DNA of 64,000 nt from Octopus bimaculoides (taxonomy: Eukaryota). The notes beneath the pieces were generated by a model. That model did not search any database and had not been told where the DNA came from. It saw only the letters and a list, made by a program, of their open reading frames with translations. The stretch covers positions 142,539,908 through 142,603,907 of the forward strand of contig NC_068984.1 in assembly GCF_001194135.2 (NCBI RefSeq). Direction: 5' to 3'. Both the position numbers and the translations under genes were made by a program. Below, piece after piece: positions 23,431 to 36,230 of this stretch; within the stretch, counting starts at the first letter, position 1; every line of letters starts with the position of its first letter.

Positions 23431-23814
23431 TGAGGACTAAGAAGCATCTTACTCTCAGTGTGGTTAAAACGCTTATTTAGCAGTTGCGTTCCAACAAGAG
23501 GAAGAGAATTACTTCCACACGTCCATGATGTCGATTCAAGGTCCTTAGAGTTAAAATGACCGGGAAGTTGGATATATCTACGGATGCTGTGTGGGTCTAG
23601 ATGATGTTAGACTTTGACATCTTTATGCATTTAACCGAGTCTACACAGCTAAAAGTATTCGACCTACATAAAGAATGATGTGATTATATCTTAGTCATTT
23701 TATCCACTCCCAGTGTTTAGCCACTTTTCTCATTTTACTAAGTTAGTATATACCGAGGGGTGTATATGTTTGTCTGTATATACAGATGTATATATATATA
23801 TATATTTCTTTATT

Positions 23815-24025
23815 GACAACAGTGGGCTAAACATAAAGGGAATAAGCAAGGAGAGACAAAGGGATTAAGTCAATTAGATCGACCCCAGAGCGTAACTGGT
23901 ACTTATTTAACCGACCTCAAAAGGATGAAAGGCAAAGTCGACCTCGGCGGAATTTGAATTCAGAACATAAAGACAGACGAAATACCGCAAAGCATTTCGC
24001 CCGGCGTCCTAACGATTCTGCCTGG
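23815..24025 (-). mobile_element. SINE family A
   Basis: ggatgaaaggcaaagtcgacctcggcggaatttgaattcagaac...gcatttcgcccggcg. Confidence 0.9.
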
Positions 24026-24157
24026 TCACCCCTCTACATATGGATGTATATATGCATGTGTAAGTATGCATTTATATGCATGTTTATCTATGTTTATCTA
24101 TGTACGTATGTTGTATGTTATGTATGTATGTATGTATGTATGTGTGCTGTATGTATG

Positions 24158-24191
<34 letters not shown>

Positions 24192-24652
24192 TGTATGGAT
24201 GGATGGATGGATGGAGGTATGGATGGGTGTATATACATGTGTGCGTATATGTGTATGTTGGTGTATGTTTAATGCCAAGGGGAACTGAATGCTGGTCACA
24301 ATGAATTCTTAATTTATTTAGATACCTGTAGCAGATAGACAAGAAAGATAACAAAAATCTGAAGAAATTTTCTTAGCACATTCTTATAGAAGCGGACAGC
24401 ATTTTAAGTAATCAAGCAATTTGCAGCTGAAGGTCAGAAAAAAAAAGGAGATTCCGGTCGTTGCTTTGAAGATGAAGAAAGCCATGCAGATGTTTCTGTA
24501 TCATTAACATGGCGTTATTCCTGTTTTGCCCCCGGGCCACACTTATTGAGAAGATGAGTTATCAAATGAATTCTAGCAACGACCAATCTGCCCTTTCAGA
24601 GATATCTATTGATATTTTCTCTAATGTAGTTGCAGATATCCCTAGATCTCAC

Positions 24653-24692
24653 CTCAATACCAAAGCACCATTCTTTGTAACTTCGAACAGAT
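24653..24692 (-). CDS. Candidate internal exon, phase 1-2, 40 nt
   Basis: Acceptor caatctgttcag and donor gag|gtgaga. Reads (D)LFEVTKNGALVL(S/R) and is phase-compatible with 19111-19216. Confidence 0.3.
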
Positions 24693-24709
24693 CTGAACAG
24701 ATTGATATA

Positions 24710-24742
<33 letters not shown>

Positions 24743-25638
24743 NNNNNNNNNNNNNNNNNNNNNNNNNNNNNNNNNNNNNNNNNNNNNNNNNNNNNNNNNN
24801 NNNNNNNNNNNNNNNNNNNNNNNNNNNNNNNNNNNNNNNNNNNNNNNNNNNNNNNNNNNNNNNNNNNNNNNNNNNNNNNNNNNNNNNNNNNNNNNNNNNN
24901 NNNNNNNNNNNNNNNNNNNNNNNNNNNNNNNNNNNNNNNNNNNNNNNNNNNNNNNNNNNNNNNNNNNNNNNNNNNNNNNNNNNNNNNNNNNNNNNNNNNN
25001 NNNNNNNNNNNNNNNNNNNNNNNNNNNNNNNNNNNNNNNNNNNNNNNNNNNNNNNNNNNNNNNNNNNNNNNNNNNNNNNNNNNNNNNNNNNNNNNNNNNN
25101 NNNNNNNNNNNNNNNNNNNNNNNNNNNNNNNNNNNNNNNNNNNNNNNNNNNNNNNNNNNNNNNNNNNNNNNNNNNNNNNNNNNNNNNNNNNNNNNNNNNN
25201 NNNNNNNNNNNNNNNNNNNNNNNNNNNNNNNNNNNNNNNNNNNNNNNNNNNNNNNNNNNNNNNNNNNNNNNNNNNNNNNNNNNNNNNNNNNNNNNNNNNN
25301 NNNNNNNNNNNNNNNNNNNNNNNNNNNNNNNNNNNNNNNNNNNNNNNNNNNNNNNNNNNNNNNNNNNNNNNNNNNNNNNNNNNNNNNNNNNNNNNNNNNN
25401 NNNNNNNNNNNNNNNNNNNNNNNNNNNNNNNNNNNNNNNNNNNNNNNNNNNNNNNNNNNNNNNNNNNNNNNNNNNNNNNNNNNNNNNNNNNNNNNNNNNN
25501 NNNNNNNNNNATACATATATATATAAATATACATATATATATAAATATACATAACATTTACATTTATATATATGAGTATGTTTGTGTGATTGTGTGTATG
25601 TTGTAATGTGCATATGTATATATATATATATATATTTC

Positions 25639-25676
<38 letters not shown>

Positions 25677-26229
25677 GAACGCAGCAGATTCAGAGCTAAG
25701 ATAGACTGCGTCACAGGACTCAAAAGTGACGCAGGTCAGTGACACAGAAAGGAAGAAAAATTCATCAAAGACACGACGAATTAACGGGTGGTAGTTTTTT
25801 GTGTTTTTTTTTTGTTATACAATCAGTCCCAGAAAATATGAGACAGTCATGGTTCGAATATCCAGAACCATATGTCTGCTTAATACGGGATGATCTGCAA
25901 TTGAAGAACAACTACAAAAACAAGTCATTATGTTTACATAAAATACTTCAAAAGCTGCAGATAATTTCGCTATCAACTTCATCGTTTCGATTTAAATAGA
26001 TTTCATGATTTACGTAAAATATTTGACAAGTCTCTTATCGAAAATTCAATTCAATTCACTCTAATGCTTTGAAGTATTTTCAAATAATTCGTGCAACACC
26101 AATGTGATTTTTTAATGACAAATTTATTGCAGGTTTATCGACGTATACTTAGAATAACATGGGAATATTTTTGTAATAAACAGTCGAGATAGAATATCTG
26201 GAGTTGCACAACTCTGCCGTAACGTATCA

Positions 26230-27035
26230 TCATCAGATGAAAAGATGCGTGTATATTATCAAAAGGCCATGCTTGGATATGTTAGCAGAAAGCTTCTGAA
26301 TGACAGGAACATTGATACTCAAAGCAGTCGATTATTGACCAACAACTGGAGTACTCACTCTCACTTCGAAGGGTACACATTTGCACTCCAGTATAAGGAA
26401 ATACCAACCAAATACCTGTCGTACGAAAGGAACAAACATGCAAGAAAAACACCAAAATGCGATGCAGACTTTGTAGAGTTAACAACGATGATATCATCAA
26501 AGTCATGAGTAGTTATCCAAAATTATGATCGTGTTATTATCTACCGATAAGACATAATGTTCTATCCAAAACACTGTATAATGAGATACGTTGGAAAGAT
26601 AATCCAAAGAGGATGGTAAAGGCCAATTGCCGCTCATAATACGAACGATTACTAGTGCAATGTCCCAATGAAAGCCAGTGAAAAGCTCAGTAGAATATAA
26701 ACATAATAGAGGAGAGAGGTGAGAGGTGAGAGACTATGCACTGAAATGGAATAGAGTTGCCCAGCAGATGATAACATAAAGCTAAGGACCAGGGAAAATG
26801 AAAACACCTCCTCTGAGCTAATGAGAAATTTGATGTTACTCTAGTCATGTAACGAGTTCAGGCTGACATTTGTAATTAGTGGAGCATTGGGATCTATAAC
26901 AAACTGCCGAAGCACCAATCTTGAGAAATTAGGCTTCTGAAAACCAGAGAGGAGAAAGCTAATTAGTAGATTACTTAGACAAGGAACCGTGAATGGAACC
27001 GTCAAAATTTGTAAAATGTTTCAAAAGCTTAATCA
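26230..27035 (+). mobile_element. RLE-clade (R4/NeSL-like) LINE remnant: zinc knuckle plus restriction-like endonuclease
   Basis: Across frameshifts reads HFEGYTFALQYKEIPTKYL / CRLCRVNNDDIIKVMSSYPKL / RHNVLSKTLY / CPADDNIKL / VISGALGSI...NLEKLGF / GTVKICKMF. Confidence 0.8.
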
Positions 27036-27885
27036 TCTATGCGCAAGGAACACAGAAATAAGCAGAGAAAAAATATAAAATATATACTACCATATATATA
27101 NNNNNNNNNNNNNNNNNNNNNNNNNNNNNNNNNNNNNNNNNNNNNNNNNNNNNNNNNNNNNNNNNNNNNNNNNNNNNNNNNNNNNNNNNNNNNNNNNNNN
27201 NNNNNNNNNNNNNNNNNNNNNNNNNNNNNNNNNNNNNNNNNNNNNNNNNNNNNNNNNNNNNNNNNNNNNNNNNNNNNNNNNNNNNNNNNNNNNNNNNNNN
27301 NNNNNNNNNNNNNNNNNNNNNNNNNNNNNNNNNNNNNNNNNNNNNNNNNNNNNTATATATATATATATATATATATATCCTTTCACTGTAGTTTGGGCAG
27401 ACGCCTCGTAATGTGCTCTTAAAAGTTGCTATACTACCACTTGTAAGTTTCATTTTCCAGGGTAATCTGTTGATATGGGTATACACCTGGAACAATTTCA
27501 GCTGAGGATAAATATAATAACAGCAGTTACATAAGGATGGTTTTATTCAGGGACATGCCGCCTAGGTAGACATGGAAGGCAGTGCCTGCCTTAAATGAAA
27601 TATATCGATGGTAACATTTTCGTTTTCTTGCAAAAAATATGCACCTAATTCAATAAAATTGTGAATGTCACTATGATTAATATGCATAAAATTCAAAATA
27701 TCATAATTTTGGAGTAGATTAGGCAGGCATAATTCGCCCCCTACTATTCAATGTCAGTATTTAAGCTACGCATAATACTGCTCTTGTACACGTGCTACGT
27801 TCAATCCTACAACACTGTTTTCTTTACGTGCTATAAAGAGGTAGATCGTGCTTTACACACACACACGTGTGTATATCTATATCTA

Positions 27886-27991
<106 letters not shown>

Positions 27992-28684
27992 NNNNNNNNN
28001 NNNNNNNNNNNNNNNNNNNNNNNNNNNNNNNNNNNNNNNNNNNNNNNNNNNNNNNNNNNNNNNNNNNNNNNNNNNNNNNNNNNNNNNNNNNNNNNNNNNN
28101 NNNNNNNNNNNNNNNNNNNNNNNNNNNNNNNNNNNNNNNNNNNNNNNNNNNNNNNNNNNNNNNNNNNNNNNNNNNNNNNNNNNNNNNNNNNNNNNNNNNN
28201 NNNNNNNNNNNNNNNNNNNNNNNNNNNNNNNNNNNNNNNNNNNNNNNNNNNNNNNNNNNNNNNNNNNNNNNNNNNNNNNNNNNNNNNNNNNNNNNNNNNN
28301 NNNNNNNNNNNNNNNNNNNNNNNNNNNNNNNNNNNNNNNNNNNNNNNNNNNNNNNNNNNNNNNNNNNNNNNNNNNNNNNNNNNNNNNNNNNNNNNNNNNN
28401 NNNNNNNNNNNNNNNNNNNNNNNNNNNNNNNNNNNNNNNNNNNNNNNNNNNNNNNNNNNNNNNNNNNNNNNNNNNNNNNNNNNNNNNNNNNNNNNNNNNN
28501 NNNNNNNNNNNNNNNNNNNNNNNNNNNNNNNNNNNNNNNNNNNNNNNNNNNNNNNNNNNNNNNNNNNNNNNNNNNNNNNNNNNNNNNNTATATATATATA
28601 TATATATATATACATACATACATAAATACATGTATGTATGTATGTATGTATGTATTTGCGTGTCTGTGCTTGTCCCCTCACTAT

Positions 28685-28800
28685 TTCTTGACAACCGATG
28701 CTTGTGTGTTTACGTCCCAGTAACTTAGCGTTTCGGCAAAATAGCCCGATAGAATAAGTGCTTAGCTTACGATGATCTAGTCCTGGGGTCGATTTGCTCT
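28685..28800 (+). mobile_element. SINE family C internal fragment
   Basis: cttgacaaccgatgcttgtgtgtttacgtcccagtaacttagcgtttcggc...cctggggtcgatttgctc is the reverse complement of the middle of 41990-42366. Confidence 0.8.
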
Positions 28801-29421
28801 ACCGAAACATATACAATAATAGAAGAATTATATTCGTGCAAGTGAAATTTGATAATCACTTCGAAGTTACATGCAATAAGCATTGCCCGTTTCTCTAAGA
28901 GCGCTTATTCAATCTCTCGGTGTTCGAGTCTGAAAAGGGAGAATTAATATAAAAAGCAACGATTCGCACTAAACAGACATAGAGGGATGTATGCACTCAT
29001 GCATCTATGTATGTATGTATATATGTAGGAAGATGCAGTTGTGTTTGTGTGTCAATGTGTGCATGTAGCAAGGTATGTGTGTATGCGCGAGAGCATTACT
29101 GTTGACTGTGTGCGTGTTTGTGCGCGCACATGTGTGTGTGAGAATGCGTGTGTGTGCGCGCGTGAGTGTATACGACTTCAAAAATGATATTTGAATGTTT
29201 ATTAAAATGTCTGATTATATTTCCTCTCACAATTCTCCCCAGTCTTTCTTGTTTTACATCATTCGACATCACTCTCTATAGACAGAGATAAGTACTTACA
29301 TGAATGCATGAATAAATTGCATACACACACGCACACAGACACACACACACACGCACACACGCACACACACACACACACACACACATAATACATACATACA
29401 TGCATACATACATATATCTAC

Positions 29422-30000
29422 TTGTCAGTCTTCTTCATACGTGTTGATCCACCATTTTCTGTCTTGCTTTTTATCCTCCCACTCTGGTCTTCCATTTATC
29501 TGGCTCTCTCTTTCTATCATTCCTTCATTGTCTCCCCACTCTATCTCTCTCTCTTTCTCTGCCTCCCTCTTCCACTCCCCCTCTGTCTCTCTTCCTCTAC
29601 ATATACCTATCTATCTCTCACCAAATTCTTCTATAGTTCTTCCTGTTTTGATATTTATCTTTCATTTACCTCACACTATTTGTCTGTCTGTCTCTCTCTC
29701 TGTTCGTCTCTCTCTCTCTCTAGTTGTCTCTCTGTCTCTGTCTCTCTGTCTCTCTCTCTCTTTCTGTTCCTTCTACTTCTCTTGGCTCCATTTATTTTCT
29801 ATCACATTATATTTATATAATTTTATCTCTATATTTTTACTTGTCCTTCTATGATAATCTATACCTCACTCAATAGGTGCCACTCGCTCTCTTTCTTTCT
29901 CCTTCTTTCTTTCCCTTTTCCTTTCTCGTTCAATATCATTCTCCCTTTCTTCTTCCGCCCCTCCCTCTTTGTCTCTCCCCCTCTTTCTCCCTCAACAACA
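29422..30000. repeat. Degenerate polypyrimidine (CT) tract
   Basis: Directly visible. Confidence 0.9.
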
Positions 30001-30388
30001 CATCTAATATATACAGAAGACATTAACTAGAAAAGTAACAAGACACATTAACTTAGAAAATGCACCTATATATNNNNNNNNNNNNNNNNNNNNNNNNNNN
30101 NNNNNNNNNNNNNNNNNNNNNNNNNNNNNNNNNNNNNNNNNNNNNNNNNNNNNNNNNNNNNNNNNNNNNNNNNNNNNNNNNNNNNNNNNNNNNNNNNNNN
30201 NNNNNNNNNNNNNNNNNNNNNNNNNNNNNNNNNNNNNNNNNNNNNNNNNNNNNNNNNNNNNNNNNNNNNNNNNNNNNNNNNNNNNNNNNNNNNNNNNNNN
30301 NNNNNNNNNNNNNNNNNNNNNNNNNNNNNNNNNNNNNNNNNNNNNNNNNNNNNNNNNNNNNNNNNNNNNNNNNNNNNNNNNNNNNNNN

Positions 30389-30465
<77 letters not shown>

Positions 30466-30643
30466 CAAATACAAACATACATTCACACACCCTACATTGG
30501 CGCACAGGCGTAAGCACATTTACACACAGTGCACCAACGCACAAACACACACATACACACGCACATACACACACATTCATATATGCATACATACACACAT
30601 TAACTTCCAAGCACAGACACACATATAGTTCACGTAACACACA

Positions 30644-30692
<49 letters not shown>

Positions 30693-31049
30693 TTATTAAT
30701 ATACAATTCATCGTAAGAACTACTACAGTCGCTGATACACATAAATAGAGATTGGTCAAAGTTGGTGAGATGCGTTTGTAGATATACACTGATATACATA
30801 GATATACATAGATATAAATAGAGGAATATATACACACACACCAATGAATATTCACACTGGAAACCAAATCAGGTGAAGCTGGTCGATCTCATACATATAC
30901 ATAGGAAAACATAGACACATATGAATGTAGACTGGATGTTGAGAGTTACACCAACTTAAATATGCAAACATACTCTCAAGACACTCTCATGCAAGAATAC
31001 GTATTCATCATACATAAACATTCACGCTATATACATACCTATATCTATC

Positions 31050-31081
<32 letters not shown>

Positions 31082-32499
31082 CGTGTGTGTGNNNNNNNNN
31101 NNNNNNNNNNNNNNNNNNNNNNNNNNNNNNNNNNNNNNNNNNNNNNNNNNNNNNNNNNNNNNNNNNNNNNNNNNNNNNNNNNNNNNNNNNNNNNNNNNNN
31201 NNNNNNNNNNNNNNNNNNNNNNNNNNNNNNNNNNNNNNNNNNNNNNNNNNNNNNNNNNNNNNNNNNNNNNNNNNNNNNNNNNNNNNNNNNNNNNNNNNNN
31301 NNNNNNNNNNNNNNNNNNNNNNNNNNNNNNNNNNNNNNNNNNNNNNNNNNNNNNNNNNNNNNNNNNNNNNNNNNNNNNNNNNNNNNNNNNNNNNNNNNNN
31401 NNNNNNNNNNNNNNNNNNNNNNNNNNNNNNNNNNNNNNNNNNNNNNNNNNNNNNNNNNNNNNNNNNNNNNNNNNNNNNNNNNNNNNNNNNNNNNNNNNNN
31501 NNNNNNNNNNNNNNNNNNNNNNNNNNNNNNNNNNNNNNNNNNNNNNNNNNNNNNNNNNNNNNNNNNNNNNNNNNNNNNNNNNNNNNNNNNNNNNNNNNNN
31601 NNNNNNNNNNNNNNNNNNNNNNNNNNNNNNNNNNNNNNNNNTATACGTATATATATATACATATATGTGTATATATGTACACACACACAAACACACACAC
31701 ACATACACATATATATATATATATATACATGAAGATATGTATCTATGTATGTAGTTAGGTAAGAGGGTATATATACCTCATATACCCCAAAACAAGGCAG
31801 GTGTATATAGTTCGACATACTGTGAGTACAGACACCTATTATTAGTTAAACAACGGCATCTTCAGTTATAATATCGCGAAAACAAAACACACGCACTCAC
31901 ACACAATTATATGTATATATGTGTGTGTGTGTTTGTGTGTATTTGTGTGCATGTGTGTGTCTGAACACACATATATAAACACCAATATGAACACAGGAGT
32001 GTAGTCCGACCTAGCATGATTATACACACCACGCGCAACTAAATAATCATGCTGCTAGGTACAATTTAAGCATAAACATTACACACTCACAATCGCACAC
32101 GCATACACGTACATACACACACACACATAAATACAGACATACACATATACACTCACACGTATACACATACACAGATATAAAGTAATTACATGATCACAGT
32201 CGCAGTGTGAGATACACTATGATTACCTACATCTCACAGATACAGACGCTGAACGTTACAAGAACAGACGTACAACCACAAATATATATACGTCACATAT
32301 GAACCAAATCATTCCGACCCGACCATGGTTTATATGAAGTTACATATTTCTGCTTTTAATCATACTGCTTATTGTTGACAAGAAATTCCAATGAGGAAGC
32401 CCTCCTCCGTTTGTAGATCCTTAACATACATCCTTAACATACATCTTTGGTCGCAGACGAGGTGTGGGTGTTCGGATGAGGAAACCAGCTGTATTTGCA

Positions 32500-33420
32500 C
32501 GTCCGGCCCAAATAGTTTCTGTGTGTTTCACAGTCATTTCTTCAATGAGTCCCTTTAATAGCGAAACCGGAAATTAAAGGACGGGTAGCTGAACGTTCCA
32601 CTCTTGACAGTTTGATATGGTTCCCCTTAAAATTAGTCTTCATCTGCTTTTGAACAGTGCCTTTAATCTAGCAGCCAAGTGTTGAAGATTCTGCGGGAGA
32701 GATGCAACTCAGGTGTGTACACCGTATGCACGAGCCATGTTAACTGACACCTGAATAATGCGGATTCCAAGCTGCTGGATTTCATCCGACAGAGCTTGTT
32801 CTTGTCTCGACAGGATGTTCTAGAGACACCAGATATTAAAACTGTTGAGCGTTTAATGTCTCCAGTGTATGAGAGATACCGGAGAATTGAAACACACACT
32901 AACCTATAGACGAGAGAATAGTCTCTTTTGCTTTTGAAGATTTTCAGAGCATTAGTATTCCTCAACTGTTATATTATATATTATTAGTTCCTCGCTTCCC
33001 TGATCTAAGGACGATGGGTTTTTTACTGTAGGAGTAACTACATTTCTTAAAGATCCAGCCTGGAATATTGTCCGATCCAAGAGGTTTCCCTTGAGTTTTT
33101 TTTAGTGATTCGAATACAGCACTAACTTCAGCAGTCGTTGGTTGCTCTTGTGTATGTGGATGACGAGAATTGCAAAACTTTCTCCCCTAGCTGACCGATC
33201 GACTGATTAAGATGGTTTGAAAGCTGGCTAAATTGTCTTTGTTCCGCTCTTCACTTGTTCTGCCTTGGTAGATGCCACAAAAAAAAAACTTAGGCAAATA
33301 AATGTCTTTACTGTATCATAGAAATTGTGCATACCATGCCTGCGCTTTGTGTATCTTTTAGTGTTCCGTGGCAGAAAGTGTAAACTGACGACCATTCCAA
33401 AGCAGACGTTCAAAGCCTTG
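32500..33420 (-). mobile_element. RTE-clade (BovB-like) LINE remnant lacking the RT core
   Basis: RHGMHNFYDTVK and PTTAEVSAVFESLK / GKPLGSDNIPGWIFK (endonuclease-to-RT linker) join almost directly to VYRLVCVSILRY...SSLESALFRCQLTWLVH...RRIF (post-RT region). Confidence 0.7.
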
Positions 33421-35741
33421 TACGTATCATTCGTGTGTCTGACAACTGAGTTGCAATCCTCATAGGACCAGAATTGACATGTTTTTTCTCATACACACAT
33501 ACAATGAAATAAGTATGTGTGTGTGTGTGCCTGCCCCTAAGCGTGTGTACCTGCCTGCTCTCGTGTATGTGCGTTATCCCACACACATATATATATATCA
33601 TAATTATACACAAATATGTCGGTGTATATACAAATACACATCAACACCTTTAAAGGAAGACAAACAAGTAACACGAGAACAGAAAAGAAGTATTTATCTA
33701 GATAACATACGTACATTCAATTCATAACATGTAACATTACATTGGTAATAACAGATATATAGACCCACGCGAAGATATATTCTAGGCCAAACACAACATA
33801 CATATACTGGTAAATATATGTATATATATTCATACACACATAATCCAATAGAAAATTACCATAGACACAACACAGTGGAAAACACTCATCTTTATTATGC
33901 ACACTTCTCAACCACAGGCACTCAACAATATGTTATGTCTCTCTCTATATGTATAGGCATAGCATAAAAATATCACAGACAGTTATCCACACCACTGATA
34001 CGAATACACAATAATGTCTATACGCAATCAAACCTTCCATAAGTCCTAAAAATCCCACATACATAGATGCAGTCATGCTTGACGTTATCACGTCCTTACA
34101 GAACACCCCAGAAACAGGATTACAGAGCCGTATTGGTTCAACAATAAACCATAACTGTGGACAAACCACACAGTTTCTAATGGAACAGTATTTTTGATAC
34201 ATTTCAGATGGAAAACAAATTGCTGCGCTACATTTGCCCGAGGCGCTGGCCTCAGAGCTAGATTCTCTGCAGAAGTTTCAAATCTCAAGTCGATTCTATT
34301 TGAAGCTATTTTATCTCGACAGCTTCATTTGTCAATCTGATGTGCGTGTGTATATGGTGATTTCTTCCTAAGATGTGTTTGTTTACGATGGGGTTTTTTT
34401 TCTTCCTTTTATTTGATGTGCTCTTACTGTTGTTGCTGTTGTTGTGGTCGTTGCCTAAATAGAAGCTGTGTCCTGCCATTACAGTAGCAGTTGCAAACAC
34501 AGAATTTATATCGAGACAACAAACACAACAAGCGCGGCAACACATCACATAAAGAGGCGATCATAATCAAATATATGTTAGCAAGAAACCGCCATATACA
34601 TCTACATACATCACATCGTCAAACACAGATGTCACAGGTACATAATCGTGTATATATTCATATATATGTGTGTGTGCGTATGTATGTATGTATGTATGTA
34701 TACACGCACACACATAGATATACTCATAGATATATACGCATTTACAAACATAACACGTAAACACAATATTCACAAACGTACATCGATAGCGACAAATGTG
34801 TACACACGAAAGCCAAGTACACACATACACAATCTTAGACACACCGTAACGTCTCACATTCACATATTCATATATACAATCACTCGCACACATTCAGAAA
34901 CACGCAGACATAATCATACATAATCAGGAATAACGTAACCATAGACACACCCTACACACACACACACGAATACACACACACACACACACACACTTATGCA
35001 CACAGAAACACACGAGCAAAACCTACATAAAAATGAAAAGAGGAAAAAAAGGGGAAATTCTGTTATTAATATTTATGAAACTATTTATATATTTCTTTAT
35101 TTCTTTCTTTTTTTTTTGCTGACTCGATAAAAGTTAATTTTCATATTGAAATTATTTGATTTATTCATAACGCTAAAATAGCATAAAACTAAAGAAAAAT
35201 ATTAGTCGAACAGAGAATTAATTTGTGCAAAACTAAATGTATAATCTTTGGCACTGCTTGGTAATCATTCCATAGTTATTGATGTTGTTGCCGTTGTTGT
35301 TGCCGTTGTTACTATTTGTCTAGTTTTTTTTTTCTTTCTTTTCATCAGTCGTCTTCCACGTTTTTATTTTCTCTCTCTCTCTTCTATTTCCTTATTGTTT
35401 CATGGAATGTCGCAATATTTCCAAACCCACCTTTCTCTGGTGTTGCTATCAATATGAGTGATGCTCAAAAATAACCGACCTAACGCCACGCCCAAGCTTT
35501 CGATTCCCGATTGACGCTAAATCACATATGTTAAATCCGCGGACGATAATAATGTTTAAAAATGCATTACGGGGTCTGGAGTGTTCTGACATTTTCTAGG
35601 AAACCACTCTTAACCTCCCCCTCTTGCATATTCATTTGTTTCTTTTTAAACATTTCCCAATTTGATGAAGGTTAAAGCGCAACCACACTCTAATAACTCA
35701 CATAAAAAGAGGGCAAAATGATTTTCTAAATTATAGCAGCG

Positions 35742-35742
<1 letters not shown>

Positions 35743-35802
<60 letters not shown>

Positions 35803-35945
35803 CAGTAGTAGTACTATTAGTAGCAAAAACATTAGCAGCAGTAGTGGTAGTAGTAGCAATAGCAGCAAAAGACTTAGTAGCAATAGTAGTAGTAGTAGTA
35901 GTAGTGGTAGTAGTAGTATTAGTAGCAGTAGTAGTAGCAACGGCA
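35743..35945. repeat. (TAG)n/(CAG) compound microsatellite
   Basis: Directly visible. Confidence 0.95.
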
Positions 35946-35978
35946 GCATTTGAGGACTTGTGCCTATATTAAGCGCCA

Positions 35979-36230
35979 GGCCTCGTGGTTAGCGTAATAA
36001 GCTCATGATCGCTAGGTCGTGAGTTCGATTGCTGGCGGCATTCAACGAGTAGTAACTGTGATTCAAAGATCGGCCTTGTCCTATTCTGGGTCATGCTGGA
36101 TTCCCTCGTGGACTACACGTATAGGGTACGCGTATCTGTGGAGTGCTCAGCCCATTGCAAGTAAATTTCACCAGCATGCTGTTCCGCTGATTGTGTTAAC
36201 TGGATGCCTCGTCACTGGAACTGATGGAGT
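35979..36230 (+). mobile_element. SINE family B, diverged
   Basis: gcctcgtggttagcg...gtcgtgagttcgatt tRNA-like head, followed by gtatctgtggagtgctcagcc as in 4630-4936. Confidence 0.75.

Noticed and set aside
23453-23663. Minus-strand segment with good acceptor and GTAAGA donor
   Set aside because: All three frames contain stops.
21277-24025. Recurrent near-identical motifs that could be mistaken for a CRISPR-like array
   Set aside because: They are dispersed SINE copies with irregular spacing and both orientations, with no repeat-spacer periodicity and no cas genes.
24425-24700. Plus-strand frames AEGQKKKGDSGRCFEDEESHAD and MALFLFCPRATLIEKM
   Set aside because: No donor or homology; short enough to be chance.
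26135-26195. VYRRILRITW motif resembling a LINE post-RT segment
   Set aside because: About 10 residues only, with no flanking support.
28870-28930. Very strong minus-strand acceptor (ttctcccttttcag)
   Set aside because: All three downstream frames stop within about 35 nt. This shows that strong splice-like signals arise by chance here.
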